Source: an uncultured Gemmatimonadota bacterium (GTDB taxonomy: Bacteria > Blakebacterota > Blakebacteria > Blakebacterales > Blakebacteraceae). From it: a stretch of 64,000 bases of DNA. The stretch's first letter is position 1, and every line of letters begins with the position of its first letter. Location: assembly GCA_964637695.1 (NCBI GenBank), contig CAZWVF010000002.1, positions 3,445 to 67,444 of the forward strand, read 5' to 3'. The notes below the pieces were generated by a model. It did not search any database and was not told the DNA's origin. It worked only from the letters and a program-made list of their open reading frames with translations. The position numbers and the translations under genes are program-made. Shown here one piece after another: positions 9,911 through 18,175 of this stretch.

Positions 9911-11137
9911 TTACAGAACAACGAACCGGCCGAGCAGAAACGACATGATGAAACCGATGACTCCTACCAGGAGTGCGCCTGCGAGTCCTACCGCAAAGGG
10001 CTTAATCCCCACACCCTTGAAGACTTCGAATCTGGTTCCGAGTCCCACTCCTGCCATTGCCGTTCCGAGCAGATACCGGGAACCCCACACACTGCCTATC
10101 TGCTTCGTCAGGCCACTCCACGCTTCGGCGTCGAAAAGACCGAAGGCGGCGCCACTGCCGACGGTTGCATCACCGATTGAGCGGATGATGGTCATTCCCA
10201 CAAAACCGAGCACAAAGATCGGGAAGAGCTTGATAATGCTGACCCTGCCCCCTCTTTCTCCACTGCTGCCATCTCTGGAACGCAGGTGGTAGAATGCCAG
10301 TATCGGCACTACCGCGGCCAGGAAGAGATTACGGGTGAGTTTAGTCACCGTGGCTGCCTTGAATGCAACCTCGTCGTTGAAGACTTCACGGTAGGTCAGC
10401 GCAGCTCCCATTACCTGCGCGGTTTCGTGAATGGCGGTTCCCAGGAAGATCCCGATCTGCTCCGATGTCTGAAGCAGGTATGGAGCCAGATAGGGGTAGA
10501 GGAACATGCCGATAAGTCCGAAGAGAGTGATATTGGCAACCGCATAGGCGACCTCATCCTCTTCAGCTTCAATTGCCGCTGCGGTTGAAACGATGGCCGT
10601 CACACCGCATATGGCGGTACCCGATGCTATCAGCGTACCCAGGCGCTCCGGCAGGTTGAGCATCCTGTTGAACCAGCTGACCAGAATGAGTCCGCCGCTG
10701 ATCGAGGCGACCACTATCGGAATCCCCCATATTCCCAGCTTCACAACATCCATCAGACTCAACTTGATGCCGACCAGTATGATCCCCAGCCGGAGCAGTT
10801 TCGTGACGCTGAACCTGATGCCGCCCTGAAACATTTTCGGAAGGGGAACCATGTTGCCCACGAGCATCCCGACAACGATGGCCATGAGTACCCCTGATAC
10901 CGGACTCGACTTGCCTGCCGGATCGATGCCCTGAAGGCTCAGGAGCTGACGGCCCAGCATTTCTGCCATCGGAACCGCGACCAGCATGATAACCAGAGCC
11001 AGCAGAGCGCCGGGCAGAAGCCCTGGAACGTTTCTCAGGCTTTCCACACCGAACGTACCTTTAACCAGCCTGCTTCCAGAGCTGTCAGAACTCATGCAGG
11101 GGATTTCCTTCCGGAGAAAGATAAAAACCTGTTTCAA
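9911..11137 (-). CDS. yeiH: YeiH/UPF0324-family putative sulfate exporter membrane protein.
   Basis: Polytopic membrane protein with a Cons_hypoth698-like sequence. The real start may be the internal Met at about 11095. Confidence 0.6.
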   Translation of the reverse strand: MKQVFIFLRKEIPCMSSDSSGSRLVKGTFGVESLRNVPGLLPGALLALVIMLVAVPMAEMLGRQLLSLQGIDPAGKSSPVSGVLMAIVVGMLVGNMVPLPKMFQGGIRFSVTKLLRLGIILVGIKLSLMDVVKLGIWGIPIVVASISGGLILVSWFNRMLNLPERLGTLIASGTAICGVTAIVSTAAAIEAEEDEVAYAVANITLFGLIGMFLYPYLAPYLLQTSEQIGIFLGTAIHETAQVMGAALTYREVFNDEVAFKAATVTKLTRNLFLAAVVPILAFYHLRSRDGSSGERGGRVSIIKLFPIFVLGFVGMTIIRSIGDATVGSGAAFGLFDAEAWSGLTKQIGSVWGSRYLLGTAMAGVGLGTRFEVFKGVGIKPFAVGLAGALLVGVIGFIMSFLLGRFVVL

Positions 11138-11144
11138 TAACTAT

Positions 11145-11330
11145 CTAGGAGCCTGTCGGAGTAAGCCACCGGCTGCGGTCTGCGCCGGCAACCGGCCGAC
11201 GGCGTTGGCTTTCGCCGGATGTCCTCAACGTAGCACAGTGGCTACGTTTCCGGGCCTCCGGCTCAGCCGCCTGGTCGGGCCGGCGCCAGAGCAAACCTCG
11301 CGTTCGCCGGTTACTCCGACAGGCTCCTAG
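11145..11330. repeat. MITE-like element copy 1, about 184 bp with perfect 20-bp terminal inverted repeats.
   Basis: TIR CTAGGAGCCTGTCGGAGTAA ... TTACTCCGACAGGCTCCTAG. Identical to 34958..35142 over the full length. Internal palindromes are present, for example cgtagcacagtggctacg. It has no coding capacity. Confidence 0.8.
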
Positions 11331-11426
11331 CCCAATAATTTAGCTTCACTCTGTCTGTTTCGCCACGCTCTATATTCATCACATTTTCACGCATTCAACG
11401 TCTTCCGTGGCTGAGCTCATCCAATC

Positions 11427-11621
11427 TCACTTCGCACGCGCCTCATAGATTACAGCAAGGATACTCTCCGCTACGAGATCCGGCACATCCACATAAAGGT
11501 AATGCGAGGCCCCTTCCGCGACTGTGATCTTGCCATAGCCACCGCTATGCCTCGTCGCCGCGCCTTGCAGGCCGGGCCCGGCATCACTCTCGGTGCCGAC
11601 GTTTGTCACCTGACATGACAC
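11427..11621 (-). pseudogene. C-terminal remnant of an alpha/beta-hydrolase-like gene (truncated).
   Basis: The 64-aa ORF ends ...GASHYLYVDVPDLVAESILAVIYEARAK, resembling the C-terminus of alpha/beta hydrolases (GHF..E.PE.V...I..FL pattern). No N-terminal catalytic part is present. A related fragment lies at 24163..24215. Confidence 0.4.
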
Positions 11622-12361
11622 TAGGCAGATATCTTATCCAACCATTTCTCAATATTCGATGGAACATGAAGTACCAATGCGCGACCCTGTGCTCTCTTCT
11701 TGAGTAATCCTCTATCGCACAACCTTGACGCAGCTTCATGGATTGAAGCATATGTATAGGGCAGCCTATTCTTCAATGCGGTTGCTGAAAGAGGCTGGAG
11801 CAGAACCTGATGCATTATTTCTGCATCAAGTGAAGCACCGAGGATTGAACGGATCCTGAGGTCAGGACAAGCTTTAATGATCCATGAAACAGGACGAATT
11901 GCATCCCTCTTATCAGAAATCTGGTTATGCCAGAAGCCCCATCTCTCGAACAGCTCGAAAGATTCTCTCCGGGCATATTCTGTCAGTATTGGATTGATCG
12001 CGTATTGTGCAAAGAGGACACGTTTACCCTTGAGTGGGCTACAATGTGAAATTGCCTGATCTAACGTTGATGCTGTTGGATTCAATTCAATAGCCACACT
12101 CAAGATTGCTCCTGCAACTGCTGAAAACTGATTTTCAAGAGTCTTCAATTCTTTTGCCAGAAGACGGCCATTTACCAGTTGATGATGTATCGCCAGCCAG
12201 CTCGCGGCAGCCCAGAAGAGACGAGGAGAATCAGAAGCTGCTGAACAAGTACGAGCTAATAGAGATTCCGCAGAGACCGTCACCTGAGCAGGATCCACAT
12301 CAAATCCGACTCCAATCCTGGCCCATTGGGAATAAAGGCAATCTTCAATCGATGATTTCAA
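11621..12361 (-). CDS. HEPN-like protein with an Rx4H motif and a C-terminal wHTH; putative toxin/effector partner of the upstream nucleotidyltransferase.
   Basis: 246 aa containing ERWGFWHNQ (R-x4-H) and a C-terminal helix-turn-helix-like segment (YASIHEAASRLCDRGLLKK). The start overlaps the stop of the upstream NTase (ATGA). Local GC is markedly lower than the surroundings. Confidence 0.4.
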   Translation of the reverse strand: MKSSIEDCLYSQWARIGVGFDVDPAQVTVSAESLLARTCSAASDSPRLFWAAASWLAIHHQLVNGRLLAKELKTLENQFSAVAGAILSVAIELNPTASTLDQAISHCSPLKGKRVLFAQYAINPILTEYARRESFELFERWGFWHNQISDKRDAIRPVSWIIKACPDLRIRSILGASLDAEIMHQVLLQPLSATALKNRLPYTYASIHEAASRLCDRGLLKKRAQGRALVLHVPSNIEKWLDKISA

Positions 12362-12885
12362 TGTTGTTCTAAATAGAGTTCCATCTTATGTGCAGATGGA
12401 GCATCGAACTTAGCAATGCGATCCAACTGCGACCGGACATACTCTATCTCCTCCTCCGTCGGTGACAGCTCCTGCAGATCCGCAATATCTTCTGGTCTGA
12501 GTGAATGGAACTTCAGAAGTATCAGATCCTGTCTGCTCACCGATGAGATTAGAAAGCCACCAAATCGTCCAATTGATTGCAGACGATCGCAGAAATCTGA
12601 AGGAAGCACATCACGCCAGGCTGCTGCTGCATCATTCATCCATTTCTCAGGCAAACCCAGCTCTTCTGCAATTTCCATGATTTCTCTTTGGTACACTGAA
12701 AGCTTGGGATTGGAATAGACTACATCCACATCCAGGGTCCCTCGAATAATCCACCCTGAGAGAATTGCTGCAGCGCTGCCCACAATTACGCATTCCAGGT
12801 CTTCGCAGCGCTCCCCGAGCGCTCGAAAAGCTGTTTCAATCTCATCTTTTAGCATAGTTTTATTATATACTTTTTCCGATAACAA
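12358..12885 (-). CDS. Minimal nucleotidyltransferase (MNT/MntA-like).
   Basis: Pol-beta-type NTase motif VGSAAAILSGW...GTLDVDVV (hG[GS]...DxD) in the N-terminal half. 175 aa. It lies immediately upstream of, and translationally coupled to, the 246-aa HEPN-like gene. Confidence 0.55.
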   Translation of the reverse strand: MLSEKVYNKTMLKDEIETAFRALGERCEDLECVIVGSAAAILSGWIIRGTLDVDVVYSNPKLSVYQREIMEIAEELGLPEKWMNDAAAAWRDVLPSDFCDRLQSIGRFGGFLISSVSRQDLILLKFHSLRPEDIADLQELSPTEEEIEYVRSQLDRIAKFDAPSAHKMELYLEQH

Positions 12886-13195
12886 TCAATGAAAATTCCC
12901 TTCGTTCCACGGATCTGAGGATTTTCCCATTGCTGCAGCACTGGGGGACTGTTCAATCTGCCATCGCAATCCATCCAGAACCTGACCCGGGGAAAATGCT
13001 TTGCCGTATCGATAGTTACGGGCCGGACCTCTCTGCCAGATGCAGATATATAGATCGCGCCCGGCGGCAGCACCAATCCCCTGAATCACAGGTCTATCAC
13101 CTGTTCAGAGACATGAAAAGGACCTGCATCGGCCCGGTGATCACCCGTTCGGACATATGCCCACCATGAGGACACCAGCGCGTGAGTCGCGTGCC

Positions 13196-14098
13196 TTATC
13201 TTCTCTCGGCACTGTATGCCGCCATTTTGTAGACGAGCCTGGCAGCGATGGAATCGGAACTGTGGAATCCTTCGCGCGGGCTCAGCTCGACTACGTCGGT
13301 CCCAACTACATTCTTCTCCCTGAAGAGAGACCGGAGCAGTCTGAGCGTTTCGAACCAGTCGAAGCCACCCGGTACCGGAGTACCCACTGCACCCACCACC
13401 GAAGGGTCGAGACCATCCAGATCGATGGTTATGTAAAGATCCTCCCCCGGCAGAGATCGGAGGATCTGATCGATCTGCTCCCCCACCCTGCCCACAACCT
13501 GGTGAGCCAGGAAGGTCGTTCGCAGGTCACCTTCCAGAAGATGAGCTTCGCTCGAATCCACCGATCTGATGCCCAGAGCAGTCACATGCACGCCCATATC
13601 GTAGATCCTGCGCATCGGACAGGCGTGATTGAAGCGGGAACCGTGATAGGTGTCTCTCAGATCTGCATGTGCATCGATCTGAAGAACACACAGATCGGGC
13701 CAGATTTGCCGGTGCGCCCTGACGAGAGGATAAGTGATAGAGTGTTCTCCCCCCAGAGCCACCAACATGCGTTTTTCATTTATCAAGCCTGCTGCAGTCT
13801 CTTCGACCACCAGTGCGGCAGCTTCCGGATCTGTCGGCAGATCGGGAGCGGGATGGGTTGCAATTCCCCCCACCTCTTCGACCGGCACGAATCCAACCTC
13901 CTCGTCGTAGAACTCTATATGATGACTTGCCTCCACAATAGCGGCCGGTCCTTCCGATGTCCCTCTTTTCCAGGAGCAGGTTATGTCGAGCGGCAGCGGC
14001 AGGACCTGGATCGTACTTTTCTGTGGATCGGACAGATCGGGAGGCAGGTTCAGAAAGTTCGGGAAGGATAGATCGGGAGCCCCTGTCAGGTCGTTCAT
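13196..14098 (-). CDS. speB: Agmatinase / ureohydrolase family.
   Basis: Arginase-family Mn-binding motifs GGEHSIT, DAHADL and DLDGLDP. Confidence 0.8.
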   Translation of the reverse strand: MNDLTGAPDLSFPNFLNLPPDLSDPQKSTIQVLPLPLDITCSWKRGTSEGPAAIVEASHHIEFYDEEVGFVPVEEVGGIATHPAPDLPTDPEAAALVVEETAAGLINEKRMLVALGGEHSITYPLVRAHRQIWPDLCVLQIDAHADLRDTYHGSRFNHACPMRRIYDMGVHVTALGIRSVDSSEAHLLEGDLRTTFLAHQVVGRVGEQIDQILRSLPGEDLYITIDLDGLDPSVVGAVGTPVPGGFDWFETLRLLRSLFREKNVVGTDVVELSPREGFHSSDSIAARLVYKMAAYSAERR

Positions 14099-14189
14099 CG
14101 TCTTGACTCAAAGGTTTCGGGTGGTCGATGGCCTTCCGGTCCAGGACACCAAGTTAACCCGCTGGACAGGTGAAATGTCTAATTCTTCC

Positions 14190-14218
14190 TTGACCGTATC
14201 ACGATTGCCCATTAGCCT
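14190..14218 (+). promoter_or_regulatory. Sigma70-like promoter candidate for the aro leader.
   Basis: TTGACC (14190..14195), a 17-nt spacer, then TAGCCT (14213..14218). This would place the transcript start at about 14225. Confidence 0.3.
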
Positions 14219-14228
14219 GTCCCGCCTG

Positions 14229-14339
14229 ATGCGCACTTCGAACCTGCAGATGACGGCTCTCCGGAGCCTGACGAGCGGCTGCTGCTATTATTATCAGCCA
14301 CAGGGAGAGGTACGCGGATTCCGGAGGTCCGAAGGCTAA
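14229..14339 (+). CDS. Putative Tyr-codon leader peptide of an aro-operon attenuator.
   Basis: ATG 14229 ... TAA 14337..14339 encodes MRTSNLQMTALRSLTSGCCYYYQPQGEVRGFRRSEG, with three consecutive TAT codons at 14286..14294. The stop lies 28 nt upstream of the intrinsic terminator. No SD is present; it may be leaderless. Confidence 0.4.
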   Translation: MRTSNLQMTALRSLTSGCCYYYQPQGEVRGFRRSEG

Positions 14340-14366
14340 CTTGGGATAAAACGGAAAGCCCTTAAG

Positions 14367-14414
14367 GCGGGCGCGCTCCTCTCGATAACGGGAGGGACGC
14401 GCCCGCTTTTTTTT
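14367..14414 (+). terminator. Rho-independent terminator/attenuator hairpin immediately upstream of the chorismate mutase RBS.
   Basis: GC-rich stem GGCGGGCGCGCTCC / GGAGGGACGCGCCCGC with an approximately 10-nt loop, followed by T8 (14407..14414). Then AGGAGAGAG and ATG at 14429. Confidence 0.7.
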
Positions 14415-14428
14415 AGGAGAGAGTCAGG

Positions 14429-14689
14429 ATGCACGGAACGATTACACAACTGCGGGAAGATATCGATCGCATAGATCGATTCCTCGTCGAACTGCTGAAC
14501 CAGCGGGCCACTGCGGTCGTGCGGATCGGTCAGATCAAGAAGAGGGAAGGTCTGCAGGTCGAAGACAGCTCCCGGGAAGCGGATGTCGTGAAGCGGGCGG
14601 AAGACTCAAACCGGGGCCCGTTCAGCAGAAACGCAATTCGCAATCTCTTCAAGGCGATCATGTCGGAATCGCGCAAACTCCAGGCATAG
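14429..14689 (+). CDS. Chorismate mutase (AroQ class, CM_2).
   Basis: 86 aa all-helical, with the LREDIDRIDRFLVELLNQRA pattern typical of AroQ-type chorismate mutases. Confidence 0.75.
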   Translation: MHGTITQLREDIDRIDRFLVELLNQRATAVVRIGQIKKREGLQVEDSSREADVVKRAEDSNRGPFSRNAIRNLFKAIMSESRKLQA

Positions 14690-14711
14690 AGAACTTAAGA
14701 AGGCGGATCAA

Positions 14712-15725
14712 ATGGTCATCATCATGTCCCCCCATGCCACCTGTGCAGAGATCGAATCTGTGATCGACATCATTCACCGCGATGGCTACCAGACACATCG
14801 CTCCGCCGGTCAGAGCCGCACGATCATCGGTGTGATCGGTACAAGTATCGATCTGGATCCAAGGGATTTTGAACTGATGAACGGGGTCACCGAAGCGGTC
14901 AGGGTCACCGAACCTTATAAACTCGCCGGCAGGACCTTCAAACCTGAATCAACCATCGTCGAAGCCTCGGGTGTCGCATTCGGTGGAAATACGATCCCGA
15001 TTATCGCAGGTCCCTGCTCGGTAGAGAACAGGGAACAGATCATAATGGTGGCCGGGCTGGTGGCGGAGGCAGGTGCGAAAGGACTGCGCGGCGGAGCATA
15101 CAAGCCACGCACCAGTCCCTACTCCTTCCAGGGCCTGGGAGAAAAGGGCCTGCAGCTGCTGCGCGAAGCAGCCGATGAATTCGATCTCATTGCCGTAACA
15201 GAAGTATTGGAATCGGGCCGCATCGGGCTTGTGAGCCAGTATGCAGATATCCTGCAGCTCGGTGCCCGCAATATGCACAACTTCACCTTCCTCCGGGAGC
15301 TGGGGGAGCAGCAGAAGCCCGTTCTGTTGAAACGGGGCATCTCCGCCACCATCGAGGAATGGCTTCAGGCTGCTGAATACATCCTGGCCGGCGGAAACAG
15401 CAAAATCATCCTGTGCGAGCGCGGTATCAGGACTTTCGAGACCTATACCAGGAACACAATGGATATCAGCGCCATACCGGTTATTCACAAACTGAGTCAC
15501 CTGCCGATCATCGCCGATCCGAGTCATGGGACCGGCCGCCGCGACAAGGTTCTTCCGATGGCCAGAGCGTCAATAGCAGCCGGTGCCGACGGATTGATGG
15601 TCGAAGTGCATTCCGACCCCGATAACGCCCGCTCCGATGGAGCGCAGTCGCTCCGTCCTGAACAGTTCGAAATACTGATGAGTGAAATCAGACAGATGGC
15701 CGCTGTTCTCGACAGGAGTATCTGA
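14712..15725 (+). CDS. aroF: 3-deoxy-7-phosphoheptulonate (DAHP) synthase, class I-beta (Thermotoga type) with an N-terminal regulatory domain.
   Basis: IIAGPCSVEN, GAYKPRTSPY.F.GLG and DPSHGTG motifs of KDSA/DAHPS I-beta. Has an approximately 70-aa N-terminal ACT/FL-like domain. Confidence 0.85.
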   Translation: MVIIMSPHATCAEIESVIDIIHRDGYQTHRSAGQSRTIIGVIGTSIDLDPRDFELMNGVTEAVRVTEPYKLAGRTFKPESTIVEASGVAFGGNTIPIIAGPCSVENREQIIMVAGLVAEAGAKGLRGGAYKPRTSPYSFQGLGEKGLQLLREAADEFDLIAVTEVLESGRIGLVSQYADILQLGARNMHNFTFLRELGEQQKPVLLKRGISATIEEWLQAAEYILAGGNSKIILCERGIRTFETYTRNTMDISAIPVIHKLSHLPIIADPSHGTGRRDKVLPMARASIAAGADGLMVEVHSDPDNARSDGAQSLRPEQFEILMSEIRQMAAVLDRSI

Positions 15726-15727
15726 AG

Positions 15728-16819
15728 ATGCCCTTCGAAAGGATATCTATCTGGGGGCTGGGACTTATGGGTGGTTCGCTGGCGGCGGCGCTGAAGGCGA
15801 AAGGATATGCCGGTACGATCACAGGCATCTCCAGCCCTGATTCTCTCCGGAAGGCCCGTGATGCCGGATTCATAGACCACGGGTATCCGCACGACCGCTT
15901 CGATGAAGGCACCAGAGGTGCGAATCTGATCGTCCTGGCTTCTCCCATTTCAACGATACTCGAGAACCTTGACCGGCTGGGGGATTGTGTCGAGGATGGA
16001 GCAGTTGTCACCGACGTCGGATCGACCAAGAGCGCTGTCGTCGAAAAGGCCGCAGGAGTTCTGCCGGATAGCGTGGAATTCATCGGCGGGCACCCGATGG
16101 CCGGATCTGAGGCTAAGGGAATATCAGCGGCAGACGCGTATCTGTATGAAAATGCGGTCTGGGTGCTGACACCGGATCGGGAGAGCGACTCTACTGGAGA
16201 ACTCGCAGCTCTGGCGGAATCGGTTGGTTCCAAAGTTGTCATCACCGATCCGTACACCCACGACCTTATTGCTGCCCGGATAAGTCACCTCCCCCAGCTG
16301 CTGGCCACTACCCTTATGAATGTGGCCGGCGACTGGAATGAGGACGAAGATCTCACCCTGCGTCTGGCCGCCGGCGGATTCAGGGATCTCACGCGGATTG
16401 CATCGAGCCCCTATGAAACGTGGAGTGATATTTTCGAGACGAACAGGGTCGCGATCCTCGAATCACTCGACACTCTGATAAGAGGTCTGGAAGATACCCG
16501 CGAGAAGGTCTCCGCAGGCACGCTGGCCGGTGATTTTGAACGGGCTAATCTGCTGAGGCTTTCGATCCCGCGGGACACGAGAGGATTTGTAATCCCCCTT
16601 CACGACATCCTGGTGGTCGTCAGGGATGAGCCGGGAGTTCTGGCAACCATCGCAGGCTGCCTTGCTCCTCACTCGATAAATATCCGTGACATAGAGGTAT
16701 TGAAGGTCCGTGAAGGTGAAGGGGGAACCATGCGGCTGGCCTTCTCGACTCCAGAGGAAGCCGGAACCGCCGTAAGGCTCCTCGCAAAAGAGGGTCTCAG
16801 GTCGTGGGTCGAGGAATGA
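15728..16819 (+). CDS. tyrA: Prephenate (arogenate) dehydrogenase with a C-terminal ACT domain.
   Basis: Rossmann GLGLMGGS N-terminus, PDH domain and C-terminal ACT-like domain. Confidence 0.8.
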   Translation: MPFERISIWGLGLMGGSLAAALKAKGYAGTITGISSPDSLRKARDAGFIDHGYPHDRFDEGTRGANLIVLASPISTILENLDRLGDCVEDGAVVTDVGSTKSAVVEKAAGVLPDSVEFIGGHPMAGSEAKGISAADAYLYENAVWVLTPDRESDSTGELAALAESVGSKVVITDPYTHDLIAARISHLPQLLATTLMNVAGDWNEDEDLTLRLAAGGFRDLTRIASSPYETWSDIFETNRVAILESLDTLIRGLEDTREKVSAGTLAGDFERANLLRLSIPRDTRGFVIPLHDILVVVRDEPGVLATIAGCLAPHSINIRDIEVLKVREGEGGTMRLAFSTPEEAGTAVRLLAKEGLRSWVEE

Positions 16820-18174
16820 TGACCACCGATCTGAAAATGAGGATAAGACCCTCCCCGGCCTTGAGGGGAAGAGTGAAACCGCCCGGAGACAAGTCGATAA
16901 GTCACCGTGCGTTGATGATCGGTGCGATCTCGGAGGGCGAAACGGTCATCCGGAAAATCGCACCGGGCCACGATGTTGCCCATACATCTGCATGTCTGCA
17001 GACCCTCGGTTCGGTGATCGAGAGAAGCCGTGACAACAGGGAGATGCGTGTAACAGGAAGTGGAGCATATGGAACCGGATCGGACAGGTATGCCGGTAAC
17101 TCTGTCCTGAAGGTCCCCTCCCGGGACCTTTACTGTGGCAACTCCGGCACAACCGCCCGTTTGCTGGCGGGGCTGCTGACCGGCCTGGGCCTGCCTGCAA
17201 CGATCACCGGTGATGAGAGTCTAATTGCCCGCCCGATGGAGAGAGTTGCCATTCCCCTGGAGTTGATGGGTGCCCGGATAAATCTGGCAGCCGGTGGAAC
17301 CCTGCCGATCACGCTCACCCCCGGCGCTCTCTCCGGTATCACATATGAGAGCCAGGTGCCCAGCGCACAGGTGAAATCGTGTGTCCTTCTGGCCGGTCTC
17401 GGTGCCGACGGGATAACGGATTATCATGAAGCGATACGCAGTCGCGATCACACCGAAAGGATGCTGGCCGGCTTTGGAGCCTCTGTCACCGGCAGGGATC
17501 TGGATGGAGAAACCGGTCCATGTTCTGTAACACTCGTGCCGGGTGATCCACTTACAGGCAGAGAAGTGAATATACCGGGTGACATTTCCAGCGCTCTCTA
17601 TCTCGTGGTTGCGGCCCTGCTGCTTCCCTCTTCAGAACTCCTGCTGGAGGATGTCGGACTCAATCCGGGCCGCCGCCGGGCCCTCGATGTTCTCATCTCC
17701 ATGGGAGCTGATATCCAGATCCTCGATGAACGTTCCGTCTGTCATGAACCGAGAGCCGACCTTCTGGTCAGACATTCCGGTTTGAAAGGTACCGGGATTT
17801 CGGGTCCGACCGTCACCTGGCTGATTGACGAGGTTCCGATCCTGGCGGTAGCAGCGGCCTTTGCTGAAGGGGAATCTTATTTCAGAGATGTCGGTGAGCT
17901 TCGCCTGAAAGAGAGCGACCGGATATCGGCGATCACCCGAAATCTGAAGGCACTCGGTGCTGAGGTTGAGGAATACGACGATGGATTCTCTCTGAAGGGA
18001 GGAGACGGGTACGGCGGTGCTGAGTTCATCAGCTCTGGTGACCACAGAATCGCCATGGCCTTCCACGTTGCTGCTCTTGCCTGCAGCGGCGAGAGCACTA
18101 TTCACAACTACGATTCGATTTCAGTTTCGTGGCCCGGTTTCAGGGAAACGATTGAAGCCCTGGGAGCAGGTTGA
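16804..18174 (+). CDS. aroA: 3-phosphoshikimate 1-carboxyvinyltransferase (EPSP synthase).
   Basis: LRGRVKPPGDKSISHRALM and LCGNSGTTARLL motifs. Confidence 0.9.
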   Translation: MGRGMMTTDLKMRIRPSPALRGRVKPPGDKSISHRALMIGAISEGETVIRKIAPGHDVAHTSACLQTLGSVIERSRDNREMRVTGSGAYGTGSDRYAGNSVLKVPSRDLYCGNSGTTARLLAGLLTGLGLPATITGDESLIARPMERVAIPLELMGARINLAAGGTLPITLTPGALSGITYESQVPSAQVKSCVLLAGLGADGITDYHEAIRSRDHTERMLAGFGASVTGRDLDGETGPCSVTLVPGDPLTGREVNIPGDISSALYLVVAALLLPSSELLLEDVGLNPGRRRALDVLISMGADIQILDERSVCHEPRADLLVRHSGLKGTGISGPTVTWLIDEVPILAVAAAFAEGESYFRDVGELRLKESDRISAITRNLKALGAEVEEYDDGFSLKGGDGYGGAEFISSGDHRIAMAFHVAALACSGESTIHNYDSISVSWPGFRETIEALGAG

Positions 18175-18175
18175 G

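Noticed and set aside
13157-14071. 304-aa plus-strand ORF opposite agmatinase.
   Set aside because: Antisense to speB, which has all the arginase-family metal-binding motifs. No support.
14100-14366. Possible T-box riboswitch upstream of the aro operon (GGGTGGTCGA near 14125).
   Set aside because: The T-box-like string is about 240 nt from the terminator instead of directly upstream of it, and no specifier/antiterminator arrangement is visible. A leader-peptide attenuator explains the region better.
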